Shown: positions 1 through 13,890, numbered from the whole stretch's first letter. The stretch is DNA of 55,401 nucleotides, filler included, from Sphacelaria rigidula (GCA_964200075.2; 3 parts of 3 records of this genome joined end to end with filler, not necessarily neighbours in it), one strand, 5' to 3'. Made by a program: numbers and translations. The notes: generated by a model not told the origin, from the letters alone.

Positions 1-846
1 CGTTCCTCCTTGTATAGCTCACACTCTGCCACTATATGACTCCTGCTCTGGGGGGAGGGGGGGGGGGAGGGGGGGCATGTACCCTTCCCCAAGAGACTGT
101 TATTTGGATCACGATCCTGGTACTTTTCACTGCTTCCGGAATTCCCCCTTATCCAGCAAGAGGTATGTACACGTAGACCCAGACGGGCGTAAAACGGTTA
201 GCATTCATGTATACACGCAGTGCTTCAGCTGTGGTGTTTGAAATGCTTGCTATCCCCCCCCCGTTGTGCAAACACAGCACAGCCACGGACTATTCCTCTC
301 CAGTCAATAGTCTTATAACTATGGCATACATGATCATGAGTATACCCCCCCCCCTCCTGGCCCCTGGGTTCAGCGTGATATTCTTGCGTGCACGTACTAC
401 TACTACAGACACCCGCATGCGCGAGGTCAACCTCTTTCCCCCTGCATGAAACTTGTGGTTCCAAGCTGCGCATGCAGGCTTCAAGTCTCACTTTCACGCA
501 TGATCTCCCGTATGCCCCTTGACCCCGACAATCCAACTGGGTCATCAAGTGCAGTCCCGGCGGGCTTTGTGGGCTCCAACCCCGACAGTCATGGCGTCGT
601 TAATGAGATTATATCGCCCTGAGCGTGAAGCTCGAATGCTGTGTTTGGTTCGAGTGTCAAGCAATTTCGGGGGGATTCATACGTACGATCTTGAGATTGT
701 CGCACGTTTTCTGATCCGTGACAAACCCGGCCTCAAAGGCCGTTTGAACGAGACAAAAAAAAAGTCAGAACACACCGTGAGAGTGAGAATAGTGAATGAT
801 CCTTGCGATTTTCGATATGATTTTTCCTCTACTTTTTATTTCGTCA

Positions 847-907
847 GGTGCCCAATACAGAGTACTGCGCAGATTTCGAAGCGGTTTTTAATGTGAAGAC
901 GACAACG

Positions 908-945
<38 letters not shown>
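847..945 (+). mobile_element. Retroelement 3' end with (CAA)n tail (second copy at 48208-48272)
   Basis: Shared tgccca.tac...gcagat.tcg.a.cggtttttaatgtgaagac directly before ACA repeats in both places. Confidence 0.7.
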
Positions 946-946
<1 letters not shown>

Positions 947-1148
947 TTTTGTCCTCCCAATTGATTGAGAGCTGATGCCGCACTCTCATCGCCCCTTAAA
1001 TCACCCCGACAAAAAACTATCATCTTTGGAATTTGAAAGAGTGAGAGCGGAGGAACATTCCGTTGAGGATGCGCAAAGGACGTAAAATATGGTTGCCAAG
1101 ATTGGGCTGTTCGACTCTTCATGCGGTGCACAGCTGTTTTCCAACTAC

Positions 1149-1338
1149 CAGCGGTAGCCACGCTGCCTTTATCGCCCATCACAAGCATTTGGATTGCATT
1201 TTCAGCGTCACTACTTTTTTTTCCCGCCTGGATTGGAAGTGGCGCGTGAATTCTCGTGGTGATGAAGTTGTGAACCGCCATTTCCACGATCATTCTCATC
1301 CTTTCAATGTCACTTTTCTCGTTCCGTGAACACACGGC
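1149..1338 (-). CDS. Probable next exon of the same unknown protein (AVCSRNEKSDIERMRMIVEMAVHNF...)
   Basis: Acceptor caccttgag| is in phase with the 1964-2206 exon. The donor position is a guess (|gtagtt). Confidence 0.45.
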
Positions 1339-1570
1339 CTCAAGGTGAGCAAACGTACAGAAGCACTGAAGGACACTCGAGAAGTCGCCAAATGAAAGCG
1401 GACGAGAAGGACGAGAATAAGCCCAGGGAAGCAAAACTGCATAACGTGAACCGGGAACAGAATCAGGGAGACAGAGCGAAGGGCATAAGTTAAGGAGAGA
1501 AAGCAATAAAATATAAGATAATACAAAGGTGTCAGTTTTCGTGTAACCCTCATCTCTCCTCCCCTCATCC

Positions 1571-1682
1571 CTAGTCTAGCCCGGCGAAACCCCCGCGTGC
1601 TCCGTCCCGGCTTTGTAGGGATGCAAGGCCAATGGTCATATAACTACGGCATGCAAGATCATGAGTAAACCACGCGCCCCCC
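1571..1682 (+). mobile_element. Short 5'-truncated copy of the poly(C)-tailed element
   Basis: ggcgaaacc..cgtgctccgtcccggctttgtagggatg...gatcatgagta; a still shorter copy lies at 302-357. Confidence 0.75.
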
Positions 1683-1963
1683 TCGTACCTAGTCAGGGGC
1701 AACGCGGGCACCTCTCTCGGCCATTACCAACTTGATCTACTGAAGACTACTGGCCAGTCCTGCGGAAGGGAGGACGAGGGAGGTGAGCGTATGGAGAGAA
1801 AAAAACAAATGCGTTCGATCAAAACGATGATGTAATTCGCCCTTTCCAGTCCTCGAGTGGTTCGTAGGTCACAGACAGACTAAAAAAAATGCACGCATAC
1901 GCGCCCCCTTTCCTCCCCCAGGCCTCTATGGCTGCGGCGTAAGCAGCGCAGCGGGGTTTGTAC

Positions 1964-2206
1964 CAGCGTGAAGAGCAGCATCTCACATCTAGATCTGGTG
2001 TACGCGAGGGACAGCTCAACAGCCGTGTTCTTGAATCTCATCGTCAGCCTCTGGGTAATCGGCAACTGCGTGCCCATCATTTCGCGCCTCGACCGAAAGC
2101 TGCCGCGGCCGGTGTCGCTCGCCACGCTCGCCACGCTGCTATGCTGGCTCGGTCGGCGCTCGCGATTACCGGAGATACCGCCGCTGTTGCTGTTTGGTTG
2201 CGGGGT
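1964..2206 (-). CDS. Internal exon of an unknown protein (TPQPNSNSGG...RCEMLLFTL)
   Basis: Acceptor cctgcag|, donor |gtacaa, 243 nt, GC-rich open frame with pyrimidine-rich flanks on the minus strand. Confidence 0.65.
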
Positions 2207-2950
2207 CTGCAGGCGGGATTTTGCAGACATCAAAGCCACACAAAAAAAAATAAAGAGAAGGGGGTGTTTTGAAAAACTCATGCTATTGGAACAAAGCAGG
2301 GAAGTTATGGACCGCCTGTGTAGGAGATCAAGGTTATACCGTATATATTCAAGTAAAAAAGTACCCATTCGTCGCAGGCTGAAAGGAATGGTCACAGAGG
2401 CAACGCAGGTCGAACGATACGCAGAAGTCAGCTCGCAATAAATATGTGAGCTAAGCATGAACGTTTCGTGGCATATTCTTGTACGACTTGTTTGCAGTAG
2501 GGGGAATTAATTACTGCAGGTTTTATCCGGACACGTTGAGGTCGAACCCATGTGCAAGGTGTGTAACAGTATATACGAAAGCGCGTAAACTCCCGTTATG
2601 CCATTGACCACAAAAAAAGTCGCGCGCCTGACGGTTACAACAGAACGCACAGGTGGAACTGAACGTTTGCATTTCTTTGGATCCTTCCAATGCCCATGCC
2701 CCGGTTCCGAGGTTTTGTCCGCTTACGGCCCCAGAACATTTTATGGAGAAGGGATTCCACAGGCGTGGATGAACGCCAAAAGGACGCGGGCCCTTCGGAA
2801 GAGGATTGCACGGGGACAATCAATTTCGGTTGAAGGGCGTGCGGCAGCCTTCGCCCATGGTTGCGGGAGGAGTACGCACATTTTGTCTGGGGTCCATGCA
2901 TTATCCCGCCGTGTGTAATTACACCTTCAATCGTTTGTTCAACCGGTCAA

Positions 2951-3312
2951 CCGGTCGCCCCGGTGCCGCAGTTGGTAACCTCGACACCTTCTCGTGGTTG
3001 GGTCATGGGTTCGAATCTCGGAGCGATCTGGCATTTTTTCTCGCACAATGCCCAACAGTGGAGAGCGACTACGTCGTGGGTACACAAAATTCGACTGAAT
3101 GATCGACGAGGGAAGTGGATTGCTGAACCCCTCTCGCGATAAAAAAAAAATGAAGGCAAGCACCGCAGGAGGAAGGTAAAAAACTTGAACAAATAAAGAA
3201 GAAGAAACTCCTGTGGTGGCCTTCCTCCTGTGTGACCTCGGCTGGTGCGCCCACATATGCCGAAAGGCGTAGACCGGCGTCCAGAATAAATAGGACGACA
3301 ATACACATGCAC
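2951..3312 (+). mobile_element. tRNA-derived SINE family A, full-length copy
   Basis: A-box-like tgccgcagttgg, B box ggttcgaatc, shared body and (CA)-type tail. Seven copies in the window. Confidence 0.9.
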
Positions 3313-3459
3313 AGCTGACGCAACGATCGTAGCTGTTTTGTGGTACGGAGACGGCCGTAAGCTACCGGCTGCGGTTTATTCACGAAACACCAAGACGTGC
3401 GGCATACGCATCGGCAACGGCCAAGTCGACGCAGGTGTTGTCTCCACACCAATATCGGG

Positions 3460-3773
3460 TACGCCGACGCCCATCCAAAAGCCTGCCCGTTCAGCGTCAC
3501 ACTAGGCGTCGGAGCGTTTCCAAGGGTCAACCTGGCGGAAATATATACCGGTCCCTGTTTCTGGAGGTTTCCGAAGGCAGAAATTCCATTGTTCCGCAAT
3601 TGCGATGGCGGCGAAAAAGGAATGGTCGTACACTCCCGACCTATTCCCATGCCATGCACTACTCGAGTATTCACGAGCGTGCCAAAGGTGCTGCTCATTT
3701 GTCTCGCCTTTCGGACGCCGGAATCTTTGCGCAGACGCTTGCCCGACTTCTTGCGTTCGAGCGCGATAGACGA
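3460..3773 (-). CDS. Possible upstream exon of the same unknown protein (SSIALERKKSGKRLRKDSGVRKARQ...)
   Basis: Long open frame after an accag| acceptor. Donor not established. Confidence 0.3.
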
Positions 3774-4159
3774 CTGGTCCGTGCACGACGGACAGACATA
3801 TTGTAACAAATACCACGCTAGCAACAACCCCACCCCCGCTATTGATATATTATGTCGAGTTAGATCATCCTGTGCGGGGTGGGAAAACCCCAACTCGACG
3901 CAAAGTGGGTGACACCCTTGAGGCAGCGTAACTCGTGAACATGTCTGGAAGTGGCGATACCAGAAAATGAAGAAGCTTATTCGAGGTTGTCCTTCATATG
4001 CGAGATAATTAATATGCTTTCGGGCCGAACGATCTCGGTAGTATGCAGCTCACCTTTCATGCGATTCGCTTAAAGCCGCACTCGGAGAGACCCGACCCCC
4101 CCAATTTGTGTATTTGTACACTTTACTGCGATAGCAGTTGGCCCAAAGTGTGACGCATG

Positions 4160-4160
<1 letters not shown>

Positions 4161-4238
<78 letters not shown>

Positions 4239-4592
4239 TATGTGTGTGTTTGTGTGTGTTATGTGTTGTCGTCCCATCTACTCTGGACGCCAGTCTACAT
4301 TTTTCGGTATATGTGGGCGCACCAGCCGGGGTCGCACAGGAATTTTTCTCTCTTTCTTTGTTTTAGTTCTCCCCCTTCCTTTTGCGCTGTTTGCCTTTTT
4401 TTATCGCGAGACGAGTCCAGCAGTCCCTTTCCCTTGTCGACCTTGAAGTCGAATATTGCGTACCCACGACATAGTCCCTCTCCACTGTTGGGCATTGTGT
4501 GAGAAACAATTCCAGATCGCTCCGAAATTTGAACCCACGATCCAACCGTCAGAGGGCTTTGAGGTTGCCAACTGAGCCATCGGGGTGACCGG
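4161..4592 (-). mobile_element. SINE family A copy with about 100 bp (CA)n tail
   Basis: Reverse complement of the 2951 element. The (TG)n run at 4161-4260 is its 3' tail. Confidence 0.9.
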
Positions 4593-5705
4593 CTTGATAC
4601 GACCGAAAGTGCGGATGTATGAAGGACAAGCATGGTGTCCAAGCCTTGTAGGAATACAAAACGTTCACTCAACACGTGTTCAGCCGGTCAAGTGACGTGA
4701 AACCAACCCAGCTGATGATAATGCGAAGTATTTAGGACCCGTGAAAGACGAGCCCAACCGAATAATAATACAAAGCGCATTCATCGGAAACTTTCGCAAA
4801 GCCGAAACTAACCGTCAAACCCAGGTATACAGTAGAAACAAAACTTCAAACAGGCAATCAAAAATGCAGCAGAGCAAAAAATACGTTCCACGGGCGAAGC
4901 GCATGCTCCCAACTGCCCGCAAAAACAGCGAGTTCGCTCAGTAGACCCGCAAAAAACTTAAGACCAGAGCCAGGTAAAACACAAATAGCTCATGCGGGCG
5001 GATCGCAATGAACACGGGCGATACGAATGGCGTACCACAAAAAAAATCAAATACAATCACAAAACGACGCCAACACTGAAGTTATGGACCGGGAAGACCC
5101 GAGGTAAAATGGAAAATGACAAAACAAAGATACCGAACACGGTGACAGACAGGCCCAACCCTCAAAGAAGGGGATAGGCAGGCTCAGTCGACAGTGAAAT
5201 AAGAAAATCGAATCACGCTTCGAAATTGGTACAGTCGGTCAGGTTGTACAGTCCTCTAGAACAAGTCTTCGTCCTGGCAGATATCGAGTTCCCCCGCGCG
5301 CTTCTGCACGGACTTAGCGGCAGACTACATGGCCTCGGTGCTGTGGACGGCCTACTTGTTAAAGGTCATCCGGACGACATGAATATCCGGGGTAGATACA
5401 TCTTCGGGAGTGTTGTGCACCAGGAACTAGTGGACGTGTTGTCTGCCAAAAAAAAGCACGCGCCATAAAGGGTGGGCACGCGCTACGAAGGTGGGCACCT
5501 GCCACGTGGTACGACCGACCAACAGATACGCCGGTAGATACGTACATGTGGACCATCATTGTGGCCCTTGCCCGTGATGCTACAAAACATCAACTGCTCG
5601 GGATACAGATCCCACTTCGCGTGGCATAAAACCACACCGCGTGAACGGACTGCATCGCACCGTATTAAACCCTACCGTGACGTACGGTAACCGTGCCGCA
5701 ATATA

Positions 5706-5758
<53 letters not shown>
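5706..5758. repeat. Compound (CT)n(CA)n microsatellite
   Basis: Directly visible. Confidence 0.95.
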
Positions 5759-5760
<2 letters not shown>

Positions 5761-8672
5761 GTAACGATAGTGCTGTGTAACATCTACGCGCGGAGCGGAG
5801 AAGGAGAACGTCGACCTGAAAAGTCTTCACACCGTGGAGCGGCACCACTCCAATTTACTGTATAGTTGCAAGCGCAGAAAAACTAGTGTGTTGGCTACCC
5901 GTTTGTAGGTACCACCGCACAGACGCCCGATGATGTTCGCGTGTCAAAAATGTACGTGCTACGCCTGAGTCGTCCACCATAGCAGAGCGACCTGAAGTTT
6001 CCGAATCGGGAATGAATCGGTGTAGAGGTGCAGTGGCAAGCCTTCCGATTGCATCGCGTCAGAATCGGAAATACATGTGATGATACTTGACCCAATGGTT
6101 CTGGTTGAGGGTTGCAGAAGGAGTCAGGAGGGGGGGGGGGCAGCCGCTATGATTACGGAACAGCACACAGTACCATTCAGTTCAGTGCTTCCAGTTGAGA
6201 AGCAAACGCAGTGTGTTCCCTCCCGCTCGGCCAGCACGGGTGACACACCACATGTTTGTGGCCCCAAGAGTTGAGTGGACGTGTTTTCGAGGCTTACGGT
6301 TTGAGCAATATGTTTTCAGGACGGATTATGTTCCAACGCGCGGATTGGGAGACCACGTATGCATCATGTCCACCCTTCGTGCGTTTGGTATTCGCCATTC
6401 ATGTGGAACCCTACTGCGGGCATACTTCTTCCAGACTCACGAGGGGGCAAATGACTTTTTTTAGACTTGAGCTGGATCTAGGATCGGGGCATGGCAAATA
6501 CGACTGGTGAGCCCCTAGGATGTAGATAGACCCAACGTACATCTACTTCGAAAGTCGGGTACGTGGCAATACGACAGTCGAAGTCAGCTGGTTGATACCT
6601 CCGAAAACTCAGAATATGTACGATGCATACGAGTATACTCTGTATGTGCTTGCATATTTTCACTCAATAATATCCTTCGATATATACGGCCTTACTATCC
6701 GTAACGGAAGACTTTTCACATAATGATTGCACGCACCTACCGGACCTCCGAAATTCAACACACAATCCAAACGACTTTTCGAAATGGCAACATGATTGCA
6801 ACCACCCTGTTCACGATACGAAGCCTACCTTTCTACGATCTCTTCACAGAAGGCCATAGGGAGCTCGCACGCGTAACCCCACACTTGTTCCAATATGCGA
6901 ATGATCCCGCCGATAACATTTTTTTCTCAGAGGCTAGCTTGCAAGTACTGCGCCAGCTACTTACTTGTACCTTGTCCTCAACGTCTCGTGAAAGGCTCTT
7001 TGACTATTTCAACATCGTGGGGGCGATAAATCATACAGATGGCACCCAAATCGACCATTTTACATCCGCAAGAATCAACTGCTTCGGATCGGTTCAACAC
7101 TGTTGCCCGAATAAACGGTTGAGGACCACGGATACACGTGATGTCGTCACGAAACGTGTTGCTCGCCGACAAGAGGGGGAAAACCTCAGAAAAATCGTCG
7201 GGGTTTCCGGCCTTGAAAACGTCAGTCGGCGATAATGATCCGGAAGGCGGCCTCGGAGCCGAAGGTTTCATGCGTAGCAAAGGTTGTTGACGAACCTTCG
7301 CAGTTTCGGGTAAGACGGTCCCCGAGGAGGTTTATTTTACCCCAATTTTGCGAAGCGAGCTTCGTCGGCTGATTCATGGGTAAGAGTTTCACCCAAGTTT
7401 ATCTGTTTCTACTCCCATTCCGCAATGAGCCCGAATATTCGGTCAGATTCCTGACGACTGTCGCGAGATCGGGGTATTTTGATGGCAAACGACCGTCCGT
7501 GACGCTGTCATTGGTCAAAGGTACCCGAGACCGGCTGAATCCTCAGCGCCAGCCAAAAATCGGTGTTGCATCCCAGCGTTGCCTTACGCAAGGTCAAGGA
7601 GCCTTTGCGTTGGGATACCCCACAACGGCACAGCCACCGAGCAAAGTGCGTCGGCTACGATGGCGTCCCATGAGACGGGTGTAAGTCATCACCGCGATGG
7701 ATCAAAGGGGCGGTGCACAGTCGGATATTGTTCCGCATCGCGGACACGCTACAATTGCGGTCGGCGGAGCGCGAGTCTCACGAAGAGGAGGGGTCGTCTA
7801 GTGTCAGCACCAGATGAGAGGAGGTGGCGCAATACACCCGCCGTACGTCGTGCGATGATCCTGCTGTACGTGCGGGGCGGCACACCTCGTTTAAAAGAAG
7901 CTGAGGGTGAATGAAGCGTGAACCCATTATCGACCTCGTAAGCACAATCGTTTAGGCGCAGTTTGGGCTCCGCATAGCCCTGCGCTGTGCTGTCGCATAC
8001 TACTACTGCTGCAGTTGGCAATGCGCTCGCTGCGTGTACGTACGGGTTTTCTATTGATTGGCTGATTTTAATTGATTGTCGCACTTTACCTGACCCCCCA
8101 GGGGTCCAGTCGTGGTCTCGTGATAGACGTACCCAACAAAAACGAAACTGAAACAGTTTCTGCAGAAAAGAAGGAACATAAAAAAGTCGAACAGAACAGC
8201 ATAGTAGACCAAGACGTGAAAAAAAAAAAAAGTCAGAGTAGATACAGATACACCCCAGTGGGTATCGCAGAGCCACCGACCAAGGGCATAATCAACGACC
8301 GATATGAGCAGACAGGATTCTTCGATTGGCAGCCCTCGACGCAGCAGCCTCTTGCTTGTGACGGCGGTCTGGTTCTCGCTTGTCCGCGCGTCGCCACGCG
8401 TACATATACATTTAGTATACTGAGTACAAGGCACGCGCTTTTTCAACCGGCAATGAGTGACCCGCGTTCGCTTAGGAATACCCACGATACTAAGAAAGAT
8501 GGGGGCATGCGGCCGAACGGAAACTTTTCGATCATTCGCATGTTTTTTTCGGGCAGCTCGCAAATTCAGTGTGGGCAACCGTTTGGTCAAGACAAATAAT
8601 TTTGCCGACACCCTAGCCCAATATACACATGCTACGGAGTGCGTTTCAATCTACGTGAGTAGACAGATTTAA

Positions 8673-10487
8673 CCCTTGAACAGCGAGCGTCGCCTCGGAA
8701 CATTTTCACAGGCTGACACTTGAGAGACATCCGGGGGTTTCCAGGATGCGGGGGGGTGGATTCACCGGAGGGTGGGAGCATGTTCGCAGAACAGCCGCAA
8801 GTGTTAGTTCGGAAGTTTCCCACGTAAAATGATAAGGAAGGAACGAAGCCCCAGAGGAGCAGAGTGACCAATCTGACCAATCACAGCCATCAAAATCGTC
8901 GCTTTGTGACCCCATAGGTGGACCACAGTTGGACTACTTTGCTTTCTAGCTGTATTTCTCATTTTCATCATAACAATCCAAGCATAGATATAGGCTGGTT
9001 CACGCTCATCACCCAAAATTGTGTCATCAGCAAATGTCCTTCGCAATACCTACTCAATAGTCGCATTCTTGATACCATACTGACCGCCATGGACAGCTGA
9101 AGAGCGTAGCATAGCCGGATTTGTGTGTAAGGCCATAGTGGTAGCGCTAAGGGCGAAAAGGTATATCGACCAATCAGCGCCGGTCAAATTCTGCCGAGAT
9201 CAAAATTGCGGAATCCAAGCCTAATTTTCACTCAATCTCCACATGAGTCAAATTGTAGTAACCGTCATCGGCTCGGCAATGTAACGAGAATTTTTTTTTT
9301 TAAAAACGGGTACTACGGGGGTCGAATTATACCCGAAACCGTGATGTTTCTGTGATATCGGGTTTTGTCTAATTTCCACCGATGATACGCACGAAAGACC
9401 CAAGGAGACTTGTGACGGTGTCCCCTGTATCTGTTGCAGAAAAGCTCAGATTACCCTCAAACTTGGCATTTCCGTAGGTATTCATGCTAAAAATGGGAGA
9501 ATTGTATTCTTGACAATATTTCTTGATTTCTCCGTTCTCTACCGGCTTCCGGGGGTCCCAGTATCAAGACCACCGGAAGACGGTACAGGATGCCCCAGCA
9601 GAAAAACAATAAATTGATGCGTTTGCGAGCGTCGGTAGATTCTGGTACAATGAACAGATCGTCCTCAACACACAGTGCCCAAGTCCATGCTAGTTGATAT
9701 TATGGGGCGAAACGAGTAAATACCCCGTTCAGCAGGAGGGTGTTATTGACCGTGAAACACAGTTTTTCGGCTCTAGTGCAATTAGTGGGCAGAATTTCAA
9801 AAAAATAAAACTGCACATTTTTTTAGAAATATGATCGGGACAGGCTCGATCGGCTGAAAATGCCCAAGAGTAAGAATCTGGGCTGAAACGTCGCAGGACC
9901 CCCGATGACCGTTCAGCCCGTAAGTCACTCAATATTGAGTACAGATGATTTATTTTTCTTGAAATATGGAGCGGATGCAAATATCTTCAGATCCCCAATG
10001 TGCTGAGTGGTGGCGAGCGAAAAGAGCCCAAGAAAATCGCCAATTACGAAGAAATCACAAAATACCTCTAAATGAATAGTTAGACCGCCCACTAACTACT
10101 GTAGACATATATAGAGTTTTGGTCGTATATTACTTGATTGTAGAGTTGATAAAGTTGTGAGGAACTTCATGGTTTGGCACAGGTGAGCAGTGGACCCAGC
10201 TTGTCCAGAGCGCGTTCTTCGCGAAATCGGCGCCTGCGGCGTGGATTTCAGGTCTGCCAGCGCATATTTTGCCTAGGGGCACCTACGCACCCCCCCCGAG
10301 CCCGAGGGTCTCGTACGCCTTGGGTTGTGGTTAGGGTCAGGGTTAGCGTTTTTGTTTGTTTGTTCGAAAAAATCAACCATAGATTTTCGACCAAAACGCT
10401 AGGTCGCCTCGAGAAAAGAGCTCTTCTGAACCCCACAATATACAATAGTCCATCAGCTCACCAGGGGGGAGGGTCGCTGTCGAAGGG
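8673..10487. mobile_element. Probable non-autonomous piggyBac-like element with a nested insert
   Basis: TTAA|cccttgaacagcga ... tcgctgtcgaaggg|TTAA (12 of 14 TIR match, CCC/GGG ends). Confidence 0.55.
9625..10101. mobile_element. Second copy (one end) of the CAGT-terminus element
   Basis: Reverse-complement match to 43230-43700; ends ...ctactg|TA. Confidence 0.75.
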
Positions 10488-13400
10488 TTAATTAGGTTTA
10501 GCCGATACCTATATGGATGAACTGGTGGAACAATACCCCGCGGCACACCTTTGTGAAGAAGCGGCGCGAAGTCCTGTCGACGATATCCGGACAAACCCCG
10601 CCGCTCTCCCCGCTGCCGCTATTTTCCCGCCGCCGTAGACAGTGAGGTGCACCCGAAAGAATAACCGATGGCTCCTCCATGGCATCCGCCGTCGACGAAT
10701 CGGTCGTCCCTGCGCACTACTGATGGTCTCGGTAAATACTTCGGGGATGTTGGTCACCGACCGCCAGTAGTATTGTGATGAGAAGATGGCGATTTTCTCT
10801 GTTTCCAATTTGATGTTATTGCAGCGGAGGGAAACGATGAGGTGTGCGTATCCGTACACCGTCGAGAGTCCTGAAAAACGGGTCTACAGAACGAGCGGAG
10901 ATGAAAATGCGCCGCATCACCGAAACGGGGGATTTAATATGGAGTCATCTTTTATCGTCTCGTTAGCGATAGATTATCGATATTCGCATGCATTTTAATC
11001 ACTGTGCAGGTTGAATTTTTCGGCCGTAGGCTTCGCTTTTGTCAAGGCAAGTCAAGAACTGAAACTTGGACAAAAAAACGCACCAGGAAAAACGGTTTCG
11101 CGCCCACGCCCACCCAATACGTACGGCGTTTTGAATGTGCGCTACAAAACCACGTTGGTTGTATTTAGCGCCCAAACTTGTGGTTCAGTCTGTCGGTTGA
11201 AATTTTTTAAGAACGAAATGACATTACGGTACGTGCAGTGCTGCATTGAGAGCTCCCGGGGGCTGCACGCTACAGTTTCAAGGTCGTTTCGTTTGCGGCG
11301 CGTTCGTATGCGTTTTACTACTGTGTGAGATGATGCCGTTCCTCACGGACAAAGAGACTTGGATTTCTAGATCTTACGACCAGCGTCCGTTCACCACAAC
11401 AACGCAAATGGGCAGGCCACTGGACTGATGACCTGCGAAGTACGCTCGTGAGCATGCGACCTTCGCATGTGTGTCCGCTCTGTAATAAGTTGCTGCCGTG
11501 GCTTTCTTTTCGATCCTTGGTGCCGTCCGGATAGCGAGTCTCACACCTGGTGTCCTTCTTGCACCCAGTATGCCCTGCCACCGACCTGTCGGTAAAATTC
11601 ATCGTGACATTTGTTGACCTGTGCAGCACCATACCTTGCTGTACTGTTGCGCCGTTAGAAGTCATATTGCGAACACTGGGTGAGAGAAAACCACATCGCT
11701 CTGTTCTATACCCCGAGCCAGTCAGTGTGACAACGATTTGTAATATGTGCTGTATTATGTTGAAGAATTGTCAAAACCTGTGGTATCTCAACATGCCCTG
11801 CTGACTGTATACAGCATTATATAAAGTCTATTATACTGTAGCTGCTGTAAGTATTTTTTATAGTGGTGACGGCCACCTCTCATATTATCAACGAAGTCGA
11901 CGGGCACCAAAAGGAAAGCGTGACGAGTAGAGCCGATGATGTCCCCGACAGACAGCGCGGGCAATGGCGCTGTGATCAAACAAGTGATACCAAGGCCATC
12001 CGACTTCTCGCCGGCGGATTCGTCCTCTAGGTCGTATCCAATTTGTATCCGATCGCATCCAGAAGGATCCAGGAATTGTCAGACAACGAACAGGCGGTGA
12101 ATTTTCGTTACATGAAAATTATGCGGCGCAACTGCACCCTCCGTTAAAAACATGCATCGTGCTTGTGCGCATACAGAAACAAGCAAGCAAACGAGGCTGC
12201 GCCAGCCCGAGGATACGCGTGATCCTCTTCGACAATGTACAATATAAACAAAGGCATTGAACTTTTCCCGAAAGAGTTCCTTAACAAATGCGCTGTAGTA
12301 GATGGCAAACGATACATACATGTATACTTTTCTGCAATGTGGTATCATCCTCCTGATGAACGATCAGACTGTGAACCTTATTCCCCAAGGACACGACGTT
12401 GGACGTCGTATCTAAAAAGATATCCAGCCCATCCATACGATCGCCGAACGGTTCATAGAAAGCAACTAAACGGTACACTCTGAGCTTGGTACACACTAGG
12501 CTATATGTATTCGCCCTTGCACACACAGGGGAGGTTTGACTAGAAAACAAAGCGGTGTACAGCTCTCACCTGAATACGGCGCCCTCCTCTTCTTGACTAC
12601 AGCTGACAGTTACAGACGACAAAACCGCGAGCAAGTGTGTCAGACGATCTTTCGCCTCGTCTCGAGCTAAAAACAGACGTGCTGCTGGGGTAGAGAAATG
12701 GTACGGGTACACTTCAAGCCTGCCTCCACGATCTAATATTACTGGAAGAGAGTGATCTGACAGCCGAAACAGTGGAACAAACTACGTTTTTATCTCACTG
12801 CAGTGACGCAGGGTCGCTGGACTCTGAGCGAGCGAAACTGTCAAACTGTCTGTGATGCTACATTTGTTTTCTGTTAAGACCTGCGATCTCAAGATGTTTA
12901 CTAGTATAATAATATCGTGGTCCCACTATAGTGCCATCAATAGTTAGATGTGTAACTAGCCCAGTTGACAGATCCCTCTGCACAATTGCTCTGCATGTAC
13001 TTGTACATGCGGTTGCAGCCAGTACCGGCCCGAAATATATTGTATTTATTATTGAGATTACTGTACTCGCACGGCTGACTGCATCTACGATACTGGATGG
13101 TAGTAGTATTGTAATGTAATATACAGCGATATATTGCGGCAGGATTAGGCCGCTGCCTAGGGCAAAGAAAAAATCAGTATATTATACTATAGAAAATTGC
13201 CTTTTTGGATCTTCTGCGTCGATTGAAGCCCTAAAAGACAGCTATTCGGCGGATTCTGACACCTTGGAATGGCTTGCTCTACAGTACTCGTTGAGACGGG
13301 TTAGGACACCTTTTTCTTGCGTTTTCCGGTGGCCATCGTTTTTTCTTCTGGCCAAAGCGACATATTCTTGTCCAGGGACGATCAAGTCCAGAGAAAATTG

Positions 13401-13548
13401 AAATATTTTTCTACATTTATTTGACCCTTCTTGACCGTCCTCGGACAAAATGCAAGTTTGGGCAGGCAAAAGTTCCGGCTACGCCGCAAGACGGAAAGGT
13501 ATCCTGGAGTCGTCTCAAACGAGTAGTACTGTATGTAGAAGAACAACA

Positions 13549-13890
13549 CACGCGGCCATTTAGCTACCTCCAAACTTCCTCCAAATGGGTACACTTTTCG
13601 AACTTCCAGAGGAATTATAAACGCCTCCGGGGGGGTGCGCAGCCCTCCAGAGGAGATATTTTTGTTCCCTCCAGGTCCAGGGGGGTTGAACGCCTCCGGA
13701 GGCTTATTCTTGCCCCCGGAGGACGGCGCATACCCTCAAATTCCTCCGGAGGGGTGCGCGACCCTCCGGGTCGGTAGAGTTTGGTCTCCTCTAGAGGGAT
13801 GGAAGGCCTCCGGAGGCTTGTTTTCCCCCTGAAGGACCGCGCATCCCTCCGGAGGCATTTTGGGGTGTAGCCAAATAAAATGGCCGCGTG
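13549..13890. mobile_element. MITE with CACGCGGCCATTT TIR and internal CCTCCGGAGG repeats
   Basis: TIR at both ends; about a dozen variants of the palindrome CCTCYRGAGG inside. Confidence 0.8.

Noticed and set aside
2951-3030. tRNA genes at SINE heads (also about 14290-14357, 22030-22100, 55240-55290)
   Set aside because: A/B boxes are present but I found no complete cloverleaf; the family A and B heads run into a repeated SINE body.
3230-3300. HDV-like ribozyme in the SINE A tail (family ending ...GATGGGAC)
   Set aside because: No upstream GTCCCA partner for P2 and no nested P1/P3 arrangement.
4050-4502. ORFs with CV, TH or poly-V runs and other SINE-overlapping ORFs
   Set aside because: Translation of microsatellites and repeat bodies.
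5226-5468. 80 aa + strand ORF or a minus-strand exon
   Set aside because: All minus frames contain stops after the apparent acceptor; no recognisable domain.
11950-12483. Protein-like fragments here and at 23400-24087
   Set aside because: No motif I can assign; left uncalled, though worth including in a translated search.
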